A DNA stretch of 64,000 nucleotides from Bacillota bacterium. Lineage in GTDB: Bacteria; Bacillota; Clostridia; TANB77; CAG-508. The translations under genes and the position numbers were made by a program. The notes under the pieces are model-generated. The model searched no databases. It was not told the origin of the DNA and worked only from the letters and a program-made list of their open reading frames with translations. Location: NCBI GenBank assembly GCA_963929525.1, contig CAWVJB010000097.1:22914-86913 (forward strand). Reading direction: 5' to 3'. Shown piece by piece: positions 9,238 to 16,289 of this stretch; the first letter of the stretch is position 1; every line of letters starts with the position of its first letter.

Positions 9238-10248
9238 TTAATTTTCACTACTTTCCATTAATTTATCAAAGTCAGATTTATATAATTTATCTTGTACAAC
9301 TCTGTACTTTTCAAATTCGGTTAACGCTTTTTCTTTTGCTATTTCGTGAGATATCTTACCCGCATCTTTTAATATATCTCTATCATCTGATAATAAATAT
9401 TTATCTATTCTGTTTGCCCAGTCTTCCATGGTCATTGGAATATTTCTTTTTGCTCTTGCTTCTGCTAAATCTAAGAAAGCTGAAACAATAAGTTCTAATT
9501 GTTCTAGTTCTTCCTTCTTTAAGTAATTTTTAGCAATAACTACATCTGTTTCTAATATTTTACCATTTGGAGAATTTTTCCAATTCGTTAAGTTCATATG
9601 TTCTTTTGTATGGTCTGCTCTATTATAAATTATCTCTGCTGCTGTTTGATGAGTCACTGCATAGTGCATCTTATTTTGGACTTTTTTGAAGAATTTGATT
9701 GTTGTAGGAGATTTACAATCATAATCAATAGCGGTCGCATATATATCTGTTATTTTTTGATAAAATCTTCTTTCTGATAATCTTATTTCTCTAATTTCTG
9801 CAAGTAATGATTCGAAATAATCCTCATCAAAAAATGTTCCATTTTCCATTCTTTTTTTATCTATAATATATCCTTTTTTTGAAAACTCTTTTAATACGTT
9901 TGTTGCCCATCTTCTAAATTGAATTGCTCTATCTGTATTTACTCTATATCCAACAGAAATTACTGCATCTAAATTATAGTAATTTGTTTTATATTTTTTT
10001 CCATCTGAAGCAGTTGTCAAATAATTTTTGACAACTGAATTTTGTTCCAATTCTATTTCCTTAAAGATATTACTCAAATGATAACTTATATCTTGTTTTG
10101 ATGTATTATACAATTCTCCTAACGCCTTTTGAGTTAACCATAAATCTCCATCTTCAAATCGCACTTCAATTCCTTGCTCTTTTTTCTGTTGTTCAAAAAT
10201 TAAAAATTCTGCACTACTACTTCTTATATATAAATCTTTTTTGCTCAT
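9238..10248 (-). CDS. RhuM-family (virulence protein RhuM-like) DNA-binding protein
   Basis: 336 aa. N-terminus ...SSSAEFLIFEQQ...VRFEDGDLWLTQKALGELYNTSKQDISYHLSNIFKE and YNLDAVISVGYRVNTDRAIQFRRWAT match the RhuM (PF13310) signature. Confidence 0.7.
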   Translation of the reverse strand: MSKKDLYIRSSSAEFLIFEQQKKEQGIEVRFEDGDLWLTQKALGELYNTSKQDISYHLSNIFKEIELEQNSVVKNYLTTASDGKKYKTNYYNLDAVISVGYRVNTDRAIQFRRWATNVLKEFSKKGYIIDKKRMENGTFFDEDYFESLLAEIREIRLSERRFYQKITDIYATAIDYDCKSPTTIKFFKKVQNKMHYAVTHQTAAEIIYNRADHTKEHMNLTNWKNSPNGKILETDVVIAKNYLKKEELEQLELIVSAFLDLAEARAKRNIPMTMEDWANRIDKYLLSDDRDILKDAGKISHEIAKEKALTEFEKYRVVQDKLYKSDFDKLMESSEN

Positions 10249-10428
10249 TTTTAATTCACCTCTATTTATTTGCTACATACTATCAAACTTTTGTTCTTTT
10301 GTCAATTGATTTACAACTATTTATTACAAAACTCCCTCCCTAAATGTTAAAAATGATAAATTCTTTAAAAATATTGCATATAAAAATAGGTTATGATATA
10401 TTTTCATTGAAATGATGAGAAGGGATTG

Positions 10429-11304
10429 ATGTGTATGATAGATTTACACACACATACTACATATTCTGATGGAACAGATGATGTAATCACATTATTAAAA
10501 AATGCTGAAAAATCTAAATTAGAAGTATTATCTATCACTGACCATGTGACATGTAAAGCTTATGAAGAGCTAAAACATATAGATATAACCCAATACTATA
10601 CTGGAAAAATAATAAAAGGCTGTGAATTGTATTCTACGATAGATGGGCAAACAATCGAATTATTAGCATACAACATAAATACTGACATATTTAATGAATT
10701 ATTACCAACCATGTATTGTAGTGAAACTGAAGACAATAAATGGCAAGCTAAAAAATTATTACAAATATGTAAAGATATTGGTATTTACATAGATTATGAT
10801 AATCTTCATATCGACTATGAGACACAATTCTGTGGTGATGTGATACTAAATGAGATTTCTAAATATCCTAAAAATAAACTGTATTTTGATAATGAAAAAG
10901 CATTTTATGATAATAATATTTTCTATAGAGAATGTATGACAAATTCGAAGAGTAAATTTTTTATTGATAAAACTACATTCTATCCATCTATAGACAAAGT
11001 CATTCAGTTAATTAAAACTGCAGGTGGTCTTGTGTTTATACCTCATATATTTATATATGGAGATAATTCTATGAAATTTTTTGATATACTGACTCAAAAT
11101 TACAAAATAGATGGTATAGAATGCTATTATACATTATTTACAAATGAGCAAACTCAATTTTTATTAGATTATTGTAAAAAAAATCATTTACTTGTTTCTG
11201 GTGGTAGTGATTATCATGCCAATAATAAACCTGGTACAAAACTTGGAGTTGGAAAAGGAAATCTAAACATACCAATAGATATATTAGATGACTGGAATAT
11301 TTGA
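10429..11304 (+). CDS. PHP-domain metal-dependent phosphoesterase (TrpH/YciV-like), paralog 1
   Basis: MIDLHTHTTYSDGT PHP motif. ~290 aa. Track start 10426 is a TTG; ATG at 10429/10435 more likely. ~89% aa identical to the 54239-55114 copy. Confidence 0.8.
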   Translation: MCMIDLHTHTTYSDGTDDVITLLKNAEKSKLEVLSITDHVTCKAYEELKHIDITQYYTGKIIKGCELYSTIDGQTIELLAYNINTDIFNELLPTMYCSETEDNKWQAKKLLQICKDIGIYIDYDNLHIDYETQFCGDVILNEISKYPKNKLYFDNEKAFYDNNIFYRECMTNSKSKFFIDKTTFYPSIDKVIQLIKTAGGLVFIPHIFIYGDNSMKFFDILTQNYKIDGIECYYTLFTNEQTQFLLDYCKKNHLLVSGGSDYHANNKPGTKLGVGKGNLNIPIDILDDWNI

Positions 11305-11347
11305 AAAAAGTGTCCAATTGGGGACGTTTCTGTTTGAGACATTTGGG

Positions 11348-11511
11348 GACCATTGGGACCAGATCTGTTTGAACCCTTTTTTAGAATTTATAATTTTATA
11401 ATGAAATAACGAAATAAAAAGAAAGTATAGAAAATAAAAACTTTTTCATTCTATACTTTTTTCATATGACTATAATCAAAAAGGGTTCAAACAGATCTGG
11501 TCCCAATGGTC
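11348..11511. repeat. 34-bp perfect inverted repeat separated by a 96-bp AT-rich loop (MITE-like / cruciform element)
   Basis: gaccattgggaccagatctgtttgaacccttttt (11348-11381) and its exact reverse complement (11478-11511). Degenerate third copy at ~11318-11347. Loop contains a nested 8-bp hairpin gtatagaa..ttctatac. Right arm abuts the stop codon of the lysin remnant. Confidence 0.7.
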
Positions 11512-11803
11512 AATTAATTGTTGTACTTGTTGCTCCTGCTCCCACCACTTCTTCTTGAAGTGAACGCCATGTATTACAACCAACAATTCCATCAACAGCC
11601 AATCCTCTTGTTCGTTGATATTCTCTTACCGCATTTTGTGTTGCTGGTCCAAATATACCATCTAATCCGTTTGTACGATATCCCAAAGTATTTAAATCAT
11701 CTTGTGCAATCAGTACATAATTGCTTAAGCTTCCCCTCTTTAGCTGTGGAAATCCACCTGTACTGCAGGCAGGAGAACCAAACCTCTTATCAAAATGTAA
11801 TTG
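11510..11803 (-). pseudogene. 3' remnant (PG_binding_1 domain) of host M15 peptidase/cell-wall hydrolase gene split by prophage insertion
   Basis: Minus-strand frame with no start codon: (stop)QLHFDKRFGSPACSTGG...LGYRTNGLDGIFGPATQNAVREYQRTRGLAVDGIVGCNTWRSLQEE...*. Classic peptidoglycan-binding repeat. Its N-terminal residues HFDK duplicate the C-terminus (..TWVHFDK*) of the 53660-54067 ORF. Confidence 0.7.
11787..11799. other. attL core (TTATCAAAATGTA) of prophage
   Basis: 13-bp identical to 53664-53676. Flanks are host-like on the left and phage-like on the right. Confidence 0.6.
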
Positions 11804-11834
11804 TTACATGCATTCGCTCAAATTAATTTATTGA

Positions 11835-11969
11835 CAATTTTAATTCTAGCTATATTATATACTTTTGCGAAAGTTTTTGTAAACAATTTTACTATAATCC
11901 TTTCTTTCCAATTTAATTCTTTTTTTAATTCATTCAATACTACATCTTTCATATATCCATCTCCTCTTA
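11835..11969 (-). CDS. small hypothetical protein (44 aa)
   Basis: ATG with AGGAGA RBS. MKDVVLNELKKELNWKERIIVKLFTKTFAKVYNIARIKIVNKLI. Below ORF-track size cutoff. Weak support. Confidence 0.25.
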
Positions 11970-12004
11970 CATTTCTCTTTAAGGTATAGATATACTAAAC
12001 ATTG

Positions 12005-12018
12005 TCCACTATGGTGGA
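12005..12018. promoter_or_regulatory. 14-bp palindrome TCCACTATGGTGGA (putative operator), copy 1
   Basis: Perfect 5-4-5 palindrome within a 20-bp direct repeat acattgtccactatggtgga. Second copy at 12330-12343. The two copies bracket the decayed XRE gene. Confidence 0.45.
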
Positions 12019-12074
12019 TATTTTATGAAAGTGCCATTTTCATTTGCAAAAAATAAAATAGCACTAAAATTGTG

Positions 12075-12279
12075 CTATGGTATTACTTTATATAATTCTT
12101 CTATTTTTATATTTAATGCTTGTGCTATTCTTACAGCCATCGACAATGACGGTTCTTTTTCTCCTTTTTCGATATAATTAAGATGTGATTTTGAAATTCC
12201 TGTCATTTTTGCTAATTGTTCTAAACTATATCCGTTTTTCTTTTCTAATTTGCCTTAGTAAAATCTCTATTCTCATACA
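12075..12279 (-). pseudogene. XRE-family HTH regulator disrupted by two single-base insertions
   Basis: Minus strand reads MYENR..ILLRQIRKEK..YSLEQLAKMTGISKSHLNYIEKGEKEPSLSMAVRIAQALNIKIEELYKVIP* only if an extra G (after aatagaG) and an extra C (gaaaaaCgg) are removed. Hairpin gcactaaaattgtgc + U-run follows the stop. Confidence 0.6.
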
Positions 12280-12329
12280 TTTCCACCTTTGATTTAGTAT
12301 GTCCAGATTTCTATATAACATACATTTTG

Positions 12330-12343
12330 TCCACTATGGTGGA
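12330..12343. promoter_or_regulatory. 14-bp palindrome TCCACTATGGTGGA (putative operator), copy 2
   Basis: Identical palindrome ~50 bp upstream of the XRE pseudogene start. Likely autoregulatory operator. Confidence 0.45.
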
Positions 12344-12445
12344 AAAATACAATTTTCTTATATGAAAATTTTTATCAACTCTAATTGATGATATGACATA
12401 TTGGTTTGAATATATCATATTCATTTTAATTAAAATAAAAGAAGT

Positions 12446-12631
12446 CTATGCGACTTCTTTGGCTATCTTAACAATCTTTCTAAAACTTCTTGTTTGGCTT
12501 ATGTATTTTAGACTTTCAGAATTTAATAATAGATAGTTCTTTAGTAACTCATTATATTGTTTTTCATTCTTTAGATCTAATCTTTTTATCATTTGTAGAG
12601 ATTTAAAATATGCTTCTTTCATATTTGTCAC
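12446..12631 (-). CDS. hypothetical small protein (61 aa)
   Basis: ORF with GGGGTG RBS. No recognisable motif. Confidence 0.4.
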   Translation of the reverse strand: MTNMKEAYFKSLQMIKRLDLKNEKQYNELLKNYLLLNSESLKYISQTRSFRKIVKIAKEVA

Positions 12632-12814
12632 CCCTATTTTATTGTAGCATTTTTTGCTGGTTTTTGTCGCGAGAAATTTGTCGAAAATTTTGAAAAATCA
12701 GCTTACGACAATCGATTTTAAGACGTTTTCATTTTTAAGTAATATACTTACATACCTTGATTTTTAGGTATTTTCAAGGATTTTAAAAATTTTTTTACTT
12801 TTTTTGAAAAAAAC

Positions 12815-12843
12815 TTGACAATACGTAACGTATACTGTATAAT
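12815..12843 (+). promoter_or_regulatory. sigma-A promoter of hicAB with palindromic operator in spacer
   Basis: TTGACA (12815-12820), 17-bp spacer, TATAAT (12838-12843) with TG directly upstream. The spacer contains the palindrome ATACGTAACGTAT (12821-12833). Confidence 0.55.
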
Positions 12844-12881
12844 ATATTTATAATCTAAAAGAAAGGAGGATTATTTATATT

Positions 12882-13067
12882 ATGAATATGACATCAAAGG
12901 AATTGGTAAGACTTTTAAAGAAAAATGGTTGGTACGAAGTGAAACAAGAAGGTTCTCATTTAAGATTGAGAAAAAAACGGCTACATAGACATTATCGTTC
13001 CTATGCACAACATGGATTTGGCTAAAGGCTTACTAAAAAAATTATTAAAACAGGCAGGACTTGAATA
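12882..13067 (+). CDS. hicA: HicA-family mRNA interferase toxin, frameshifted in an A7 homopolymer
   Basis: MNMTSKELVRLLKKNGWYEVKQEGSHLRLRKK.. then +1 frame ..NGYIDIIVPMHNMDLAKGLLKKLLKQAGLE* (HicA/YcfA fold). Frame 1 stops at 13023-13025. A-run 12971-12977. Confidence 0.7.
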
Positions 13068-13111
13068 AGTCCTTCCTAGATGTGCATATTATAATATAAA
13101 GAGGTGTAAAT

Positions 13112-13519
13112 ATGAAAAAAGAAATATTATTAACATACCCTGCTATCTTCACATATGAAGATGATCAATATTGGGTTGAATTTGTTGACTTAAAAGGTTG
13201 TTTTAGTGATGGAAAAACTTTAGCTGAAGCAATGGAAAATGCTAAAGAAGCTATGGGATTATTTCTTGAAGATTTAGAAGAATATCCTAAGTGTACAACT
13301 GATATAAAAAAAATAAAATTAGAAGATAATCAAATTATTTCTTTTGTAACTATAAACTTGGAAGAACATAGAAAAAAATATGAAAACAAATCTGTAAAGA
13401 AAACTTTATCTATTCCAGCTTGGTTAAATACTATGGCTGAAAAAGAAAATATTAATTTTTCACAATTGTTACAAAAAGCTTTAATGGATACTTTAAATGT
13501 TGACAAATTAAGAAAATAA
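13112..13519 (+). CDS. hicB: HicB-family antitoxin (HicB N-domain + C-terminal RHH-like DNA-binding domain)
   Basis: 135 aa. MKKEILLTYPAIFTYEDDQYWVEFVDLKGCFSDGKTLAEAMENAKEAM is the UPF0150/HicB signature. Directly downstream of hicA. Confidence 0.8.
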   Translation: MKKEILLTYPAIFTYEDDQYWVEFVDLKGCFSDGKTLAEAMENAKEAMGLFLEDLEEYPKCTTDIKKIKLEDNQIISFVTINLEEHRKKYENKSVKKTLSIPAWLNTMAEKENINFSQLLQKALMDTLNVDKLRK

Positions 13520-13562
13520 TATTATAATTATATCAATAATATAAATAGTCCTTATCGGATAA

Positions 13563-13604
13563 TAAAAAAAGAGGTAGTTAGCCAACCAACTACTTCTTTT
13601 TTTA
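13563..13604. terminator. bidirectional rho-independent terminator
   Basis: Stem agaggtagtt/aactacttct (one mismatch), loop agccaacc, flanked by A-run and T-run. Lies between convergent hicB and the lysin gene. Confidence 0.6.
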
Positions 13605-13636
13605 TTTATTCATTAATCTAATCTAGCTCTTGAATT

Positions 13637-15166
13637 TTATCTGTAAACATTATTTCTTACATAAGCATATCTTCCCGTTTTGACTACATATACATAATCT
13701 ACACTAGAACTTACATTTCTTATTATTCTTACTTGTGTTAAGGGTAAATAAGTGTATCTTGTGCCTGTTAAATTACTGTTAGAATATAGATATGTTCTAT
13801 TTGCTAATCTCTTGTATTGTCCTACTGTTCCATTTGAATAATTAGAACTTGTAGAAGTTGTATAATTAGATGTGTTTATGTATGCTACTCTTCCAGTTAC
13901 ATTTACTCTAACTCTATCTACTGAACTAGATATATTAGATAGTATTGTTACGGTTGTATTAGCTTTATAAGAATATCTTGTACCTGTTAGATTAGAATTA
14001 GAATATAAATAACAAGCTTTTGTTTTTCTTGTTAGACCTACTGTGTTACTAGAACTTACATAACTAGTACTTAGATAAGAAGAACTTACCCAGCCACTTG
14101 CAGGATTTGTAATTCTGCTCCAGCTACCATTATTTTCTGCTACAGTTACTTGTGTTCCTTTTTTTAGTGAACCTATCACTGAACCGTTTGGTGCATTTCT
14201 TACATTTAGATTTAAACTGTTTGTATTAACATATCTAGTATATGTAGATGTTGTTACATTTCCTGTATTCTCTGTTGCTGTTCCATCATGTTCATAGCAG
14301 AAAAATCCTTTTGCATTTGCATAATTAATAAAATTACTAACACTTACATAGACTTTGTTACCGTCTACCGTTACTTTTCCTCTACGTGTACTTGTGTCGA
14401 ATTTCCCGCTATACAAGTATGGGTCATAAACGGTTATAGTATTTCCATTTAATTCTGTTAATACTATAAAATGTCCACCTGTTGTAAATAATCCATTTCC
14501 AACGGAAACTACTACATAATTATTACTTTCTAATAATTGCAATGCTCTTTGTATATCTGATGTTTCTGTATATCCAATATTAAACTCATCTGCAACTGCT
14601 CGGAAGGCTGACCAGTAAGTTCCATTGCTGGCACTTCTGTAACCATACTGAACAAATAAATCTCCTATTTGGTCTGGTGTTATAGCTCCTCTTGTAGCTG
14701 TTACAATCATTGCTGCAGAAGTTGGACCGCAACCCGATGTTCCGATTGTTTGAGAACTATCTCCAACAGAACTATACATATGATATCTCCAACGAGAGTC
14801 TGTTTGATTGTAATATGTTAAGCCTATATAATCTCCTAGTTCTACATTCCAGGTGTTAGCTTTGTCTCCTTCGTATGCAATCTCTCCTTGTAATTCAAAA
14901 CCTTCATCTTCTACTTCTTGTTCTGCAGATACTTCTTGTTCATCTTCTTCTGTTTGCTCTACAATCTCTGTAGAAGGTAATTCTTCGATTTCTTGTTGAG
15001 ACATATTATATGTAGTTATATAGTCTTTTATTTCGTTTACTGCACCTGCGACGATTTCTTCTGTAGAATTATCTTTGTTTACATTATAGAAACCTAAACC
15101 TGCTAATATAGCAACAACCACAGTTGCAATCGCTAGAATTATTTTCTTTTTCTTACTTTCATTCAT
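13637..15166 (-). CDS. putative phage endolysin / cell-wall hydrolase: signal-anchor + C39-like cysteine peptidase + SH3b + C-terminal wall-binding repeats
   Basis: 509 aa. N-terminal TM (KKKKIILAIATVVVAILAGLGF), acidic linker, Cys/His peptidase core (SGCGPTSAAMIV ... GGHFIVLT), SH3b-like segment (NVRNAPNGSVIGSLKKGTQVTV...GWVSSSYL), two ~55-aa C-terminal repeats. Adjacent to holin. Confidence 0.55.
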   Translation of the reverse strand: MNESKKKKIILAIATVVVAILAGLGFYNVNKDNSTEEIVAGAVNEIKDYITTYNMSQQEIEELPSTEIVEQTEEDEQEVSAEQEVEDEGFELQGEIAYEGDKANTWNVELGDYIGLTYYNQTDSRWRYHMYSSVGDSSQTIGTSGCGPTSAAMIVTATRGAITPDQIGDLFVQYGYRSASNGTYWSAFRAVADEFNIGYTETSDIQRALQLLESNNYVVVSVGNGLFTTGGHFIVLTELNGNTITVYDPYLYSGKFDTSTRRGKVTVDGNKVYVSVSNFINYANAKGFFCYEHDGTATENTGNVTTSTYTRYVNTNSLNLNVRNAPNGSVIGSLKKGTQVTVAENNGSWSRITNPASGWVSSSYLSTSYVSSSNTVGLTRKTKACYLYSNSNLTGTRYSYKANTTVTILSNISSSVDRVRVNVTGRVAYINTSNYTTSTSSNYSNGTVGQYKRLANRTYLYSNSNLTGTRYTYLPLTQVRIIRNVSSSVDYVYVVKTGRYAYVRNNVYR

Positions 15167-15182
15167 TTTTCTTTTTCCTCCT

Positions 15183-15491
15183 TTACTTTATAATTTTTGT
15201 CTTTAAGTTTAATAACTCATCCATCATTTTTTTAACGGTTCCATTTCCACCTAAATTTTTATATTGTTCGAACATTTCTTCTAAATTTTCTTTATCTAAA
15301 ATGGAGATTTCCCCTTTACTTTCAAACTCTCTATATCTTCTTATAATTTCGTTCCTAAGCAAGGCTTGTACACCTTGCTCTATTGCTAAGTCTTTCTTTT
15401 TATTCTTTTTAAAATTAGTAGCAATAAATCCTAATATTCCACCTAAAATTGTCGGAATTAGATAACTTAAAATCATTTGTAATATATTCAT
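15183..15491 (-). CDS. putative phage holin (single N-terminal TM)
   Basis: 102 aa. TM LIPTILGGILGFIATNF followed by KKNKKK and an amphipathic C-terminus. Sits next to the lysin at the end of the tail module. Confidence 0.45.
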   Translation of the reverse strand: MNILQMILSYLIPTILGGILGFIATNFKKNKKKDLAIEQGVQALLRNEIIRRYREFESKGEISILDKENLEEMFEQYKNLGGNGTVKKMMDELLNLKTKIIK

Positions 15492-15545
15492 CTCTTCCTC
15501 CTATAAACAGTATGAAAAATAATAGCAACATATATGCTATTATCT

Positions 15546-15866
15546 TTAAGATATCTCAAATATTTTTGTTAATTTTGTATTTTCTGTATTACTAAGTGAT
15601 GCCTCATTTATAGTTAAGATTTGTCCATTTTCGGACACATCAAATCTGTATCTAAAGCTGTTGGTTCCATCGCTGTAAGAATATTGAATGTAATTTTTAT
15701 CATATACAAAATTAAAATAAACATAATAAACAGATGAAATTCCTAAAAATTGCATTATATATATTCCACCTGGTTTTAATGGTTTTGCTAAATTTATTTT
15801 TGATCCAGATTGATATATATTTCCTTCCCAAATTACTTTATTTTTTTTCAATGAATTAGGTATCAC
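15546..15866 (-). CDS. hypothetical phage protein (tail fibre-associated region)
   Basis: 106 aa ORF translationally coupled between Tal and holin. Confidence 0.4.
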   Translation of the reverse strand: MIPNSLKKNKVIWEGNIYQSGSKINLAKPLKPGGIYIMQFLGISSVYYVYFNFVYDKNYIQYSYSDGTNSFRYRFDVSENGQILTINEASLSNTENTKLTKIFEIS

Positions 15867-16242
15867 TATATTCCCCCCTTACTACTAAATCTAGAACATC
15901 TCCTTCTTCTAAGTTCCAATCTGTTGTTGTTTTTATTTGGTTACTTATAGTATCAGCAGTTCCGACTTCGACATAATGTCCATCTGTTCCTGTATCGTCT
16001 GTGCTCTTTATTAGTCGTTCTCCGTTTAAATAAACATCTAGAACTTCTTCTCCGACCTTATAATAACAAGGTAATGTTATTTCTTGTCCTGCTGTTTTGT
16101 CTTCTGTAATTTCTAATGTATATTTAAACGCTTGTTTTTCTTTTATATCGGATTTAATCAATTTTTGCATCTGATTTATATTTGTGTCACTCATATACGG
16201 TGCTTGTCCATTTTTAAATTCTATATATGGCTCTTCTTCCAT
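15856..16242 (-). CDS. hypothetical phage protein (tail fibre-associated region)
   Basis: 128 aa ORF overlapping the neighbouring ORF by 11 bp. Confidence 0.4.
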   Translation of the reverse strand: MEEEPYIEFKNGQAPYMSDTNINQMQKLIKSDIKEKQAFKYTLEITEDKTAGQEITLPCYYKVGEEVLDVYLNGERLIKSTDDTGTDGHYVEVGTADTISNQIKTTTDWNLEEGDVLDLVVRGEYSDT

Positions 16243-16289
16243 TTTCTCACCTCATTCTTATAAAATATAAAAACCATAAAATAAAAAAA

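Noticed and set aside
10426-11304. PHP gene duplication as the phage attachment-site duplication
   Set aside because: A 0.9-kb, 89%-identical duplication is far too long and too divergent for an att repeat. The true 13-bp core and split host gene were found at 11787-11799 / 53664-53676.
12446-12470. Hairpin aagaagtc-tatgc-gacttctt as a terminator
   Set aside because: Overlaps the last codons/stop of the 12446-12631 ORF and lacks a U-tract on either strand.
12655-12670. Shared 12-mer CGCGAGAAATTT also at 32053-32064 (upstream of terS) as a phage promoter/regulatory motif
   Set aside because: Different spacing relative to start codons at the two sites and no further shared context. Could be chance; kept only as a note.
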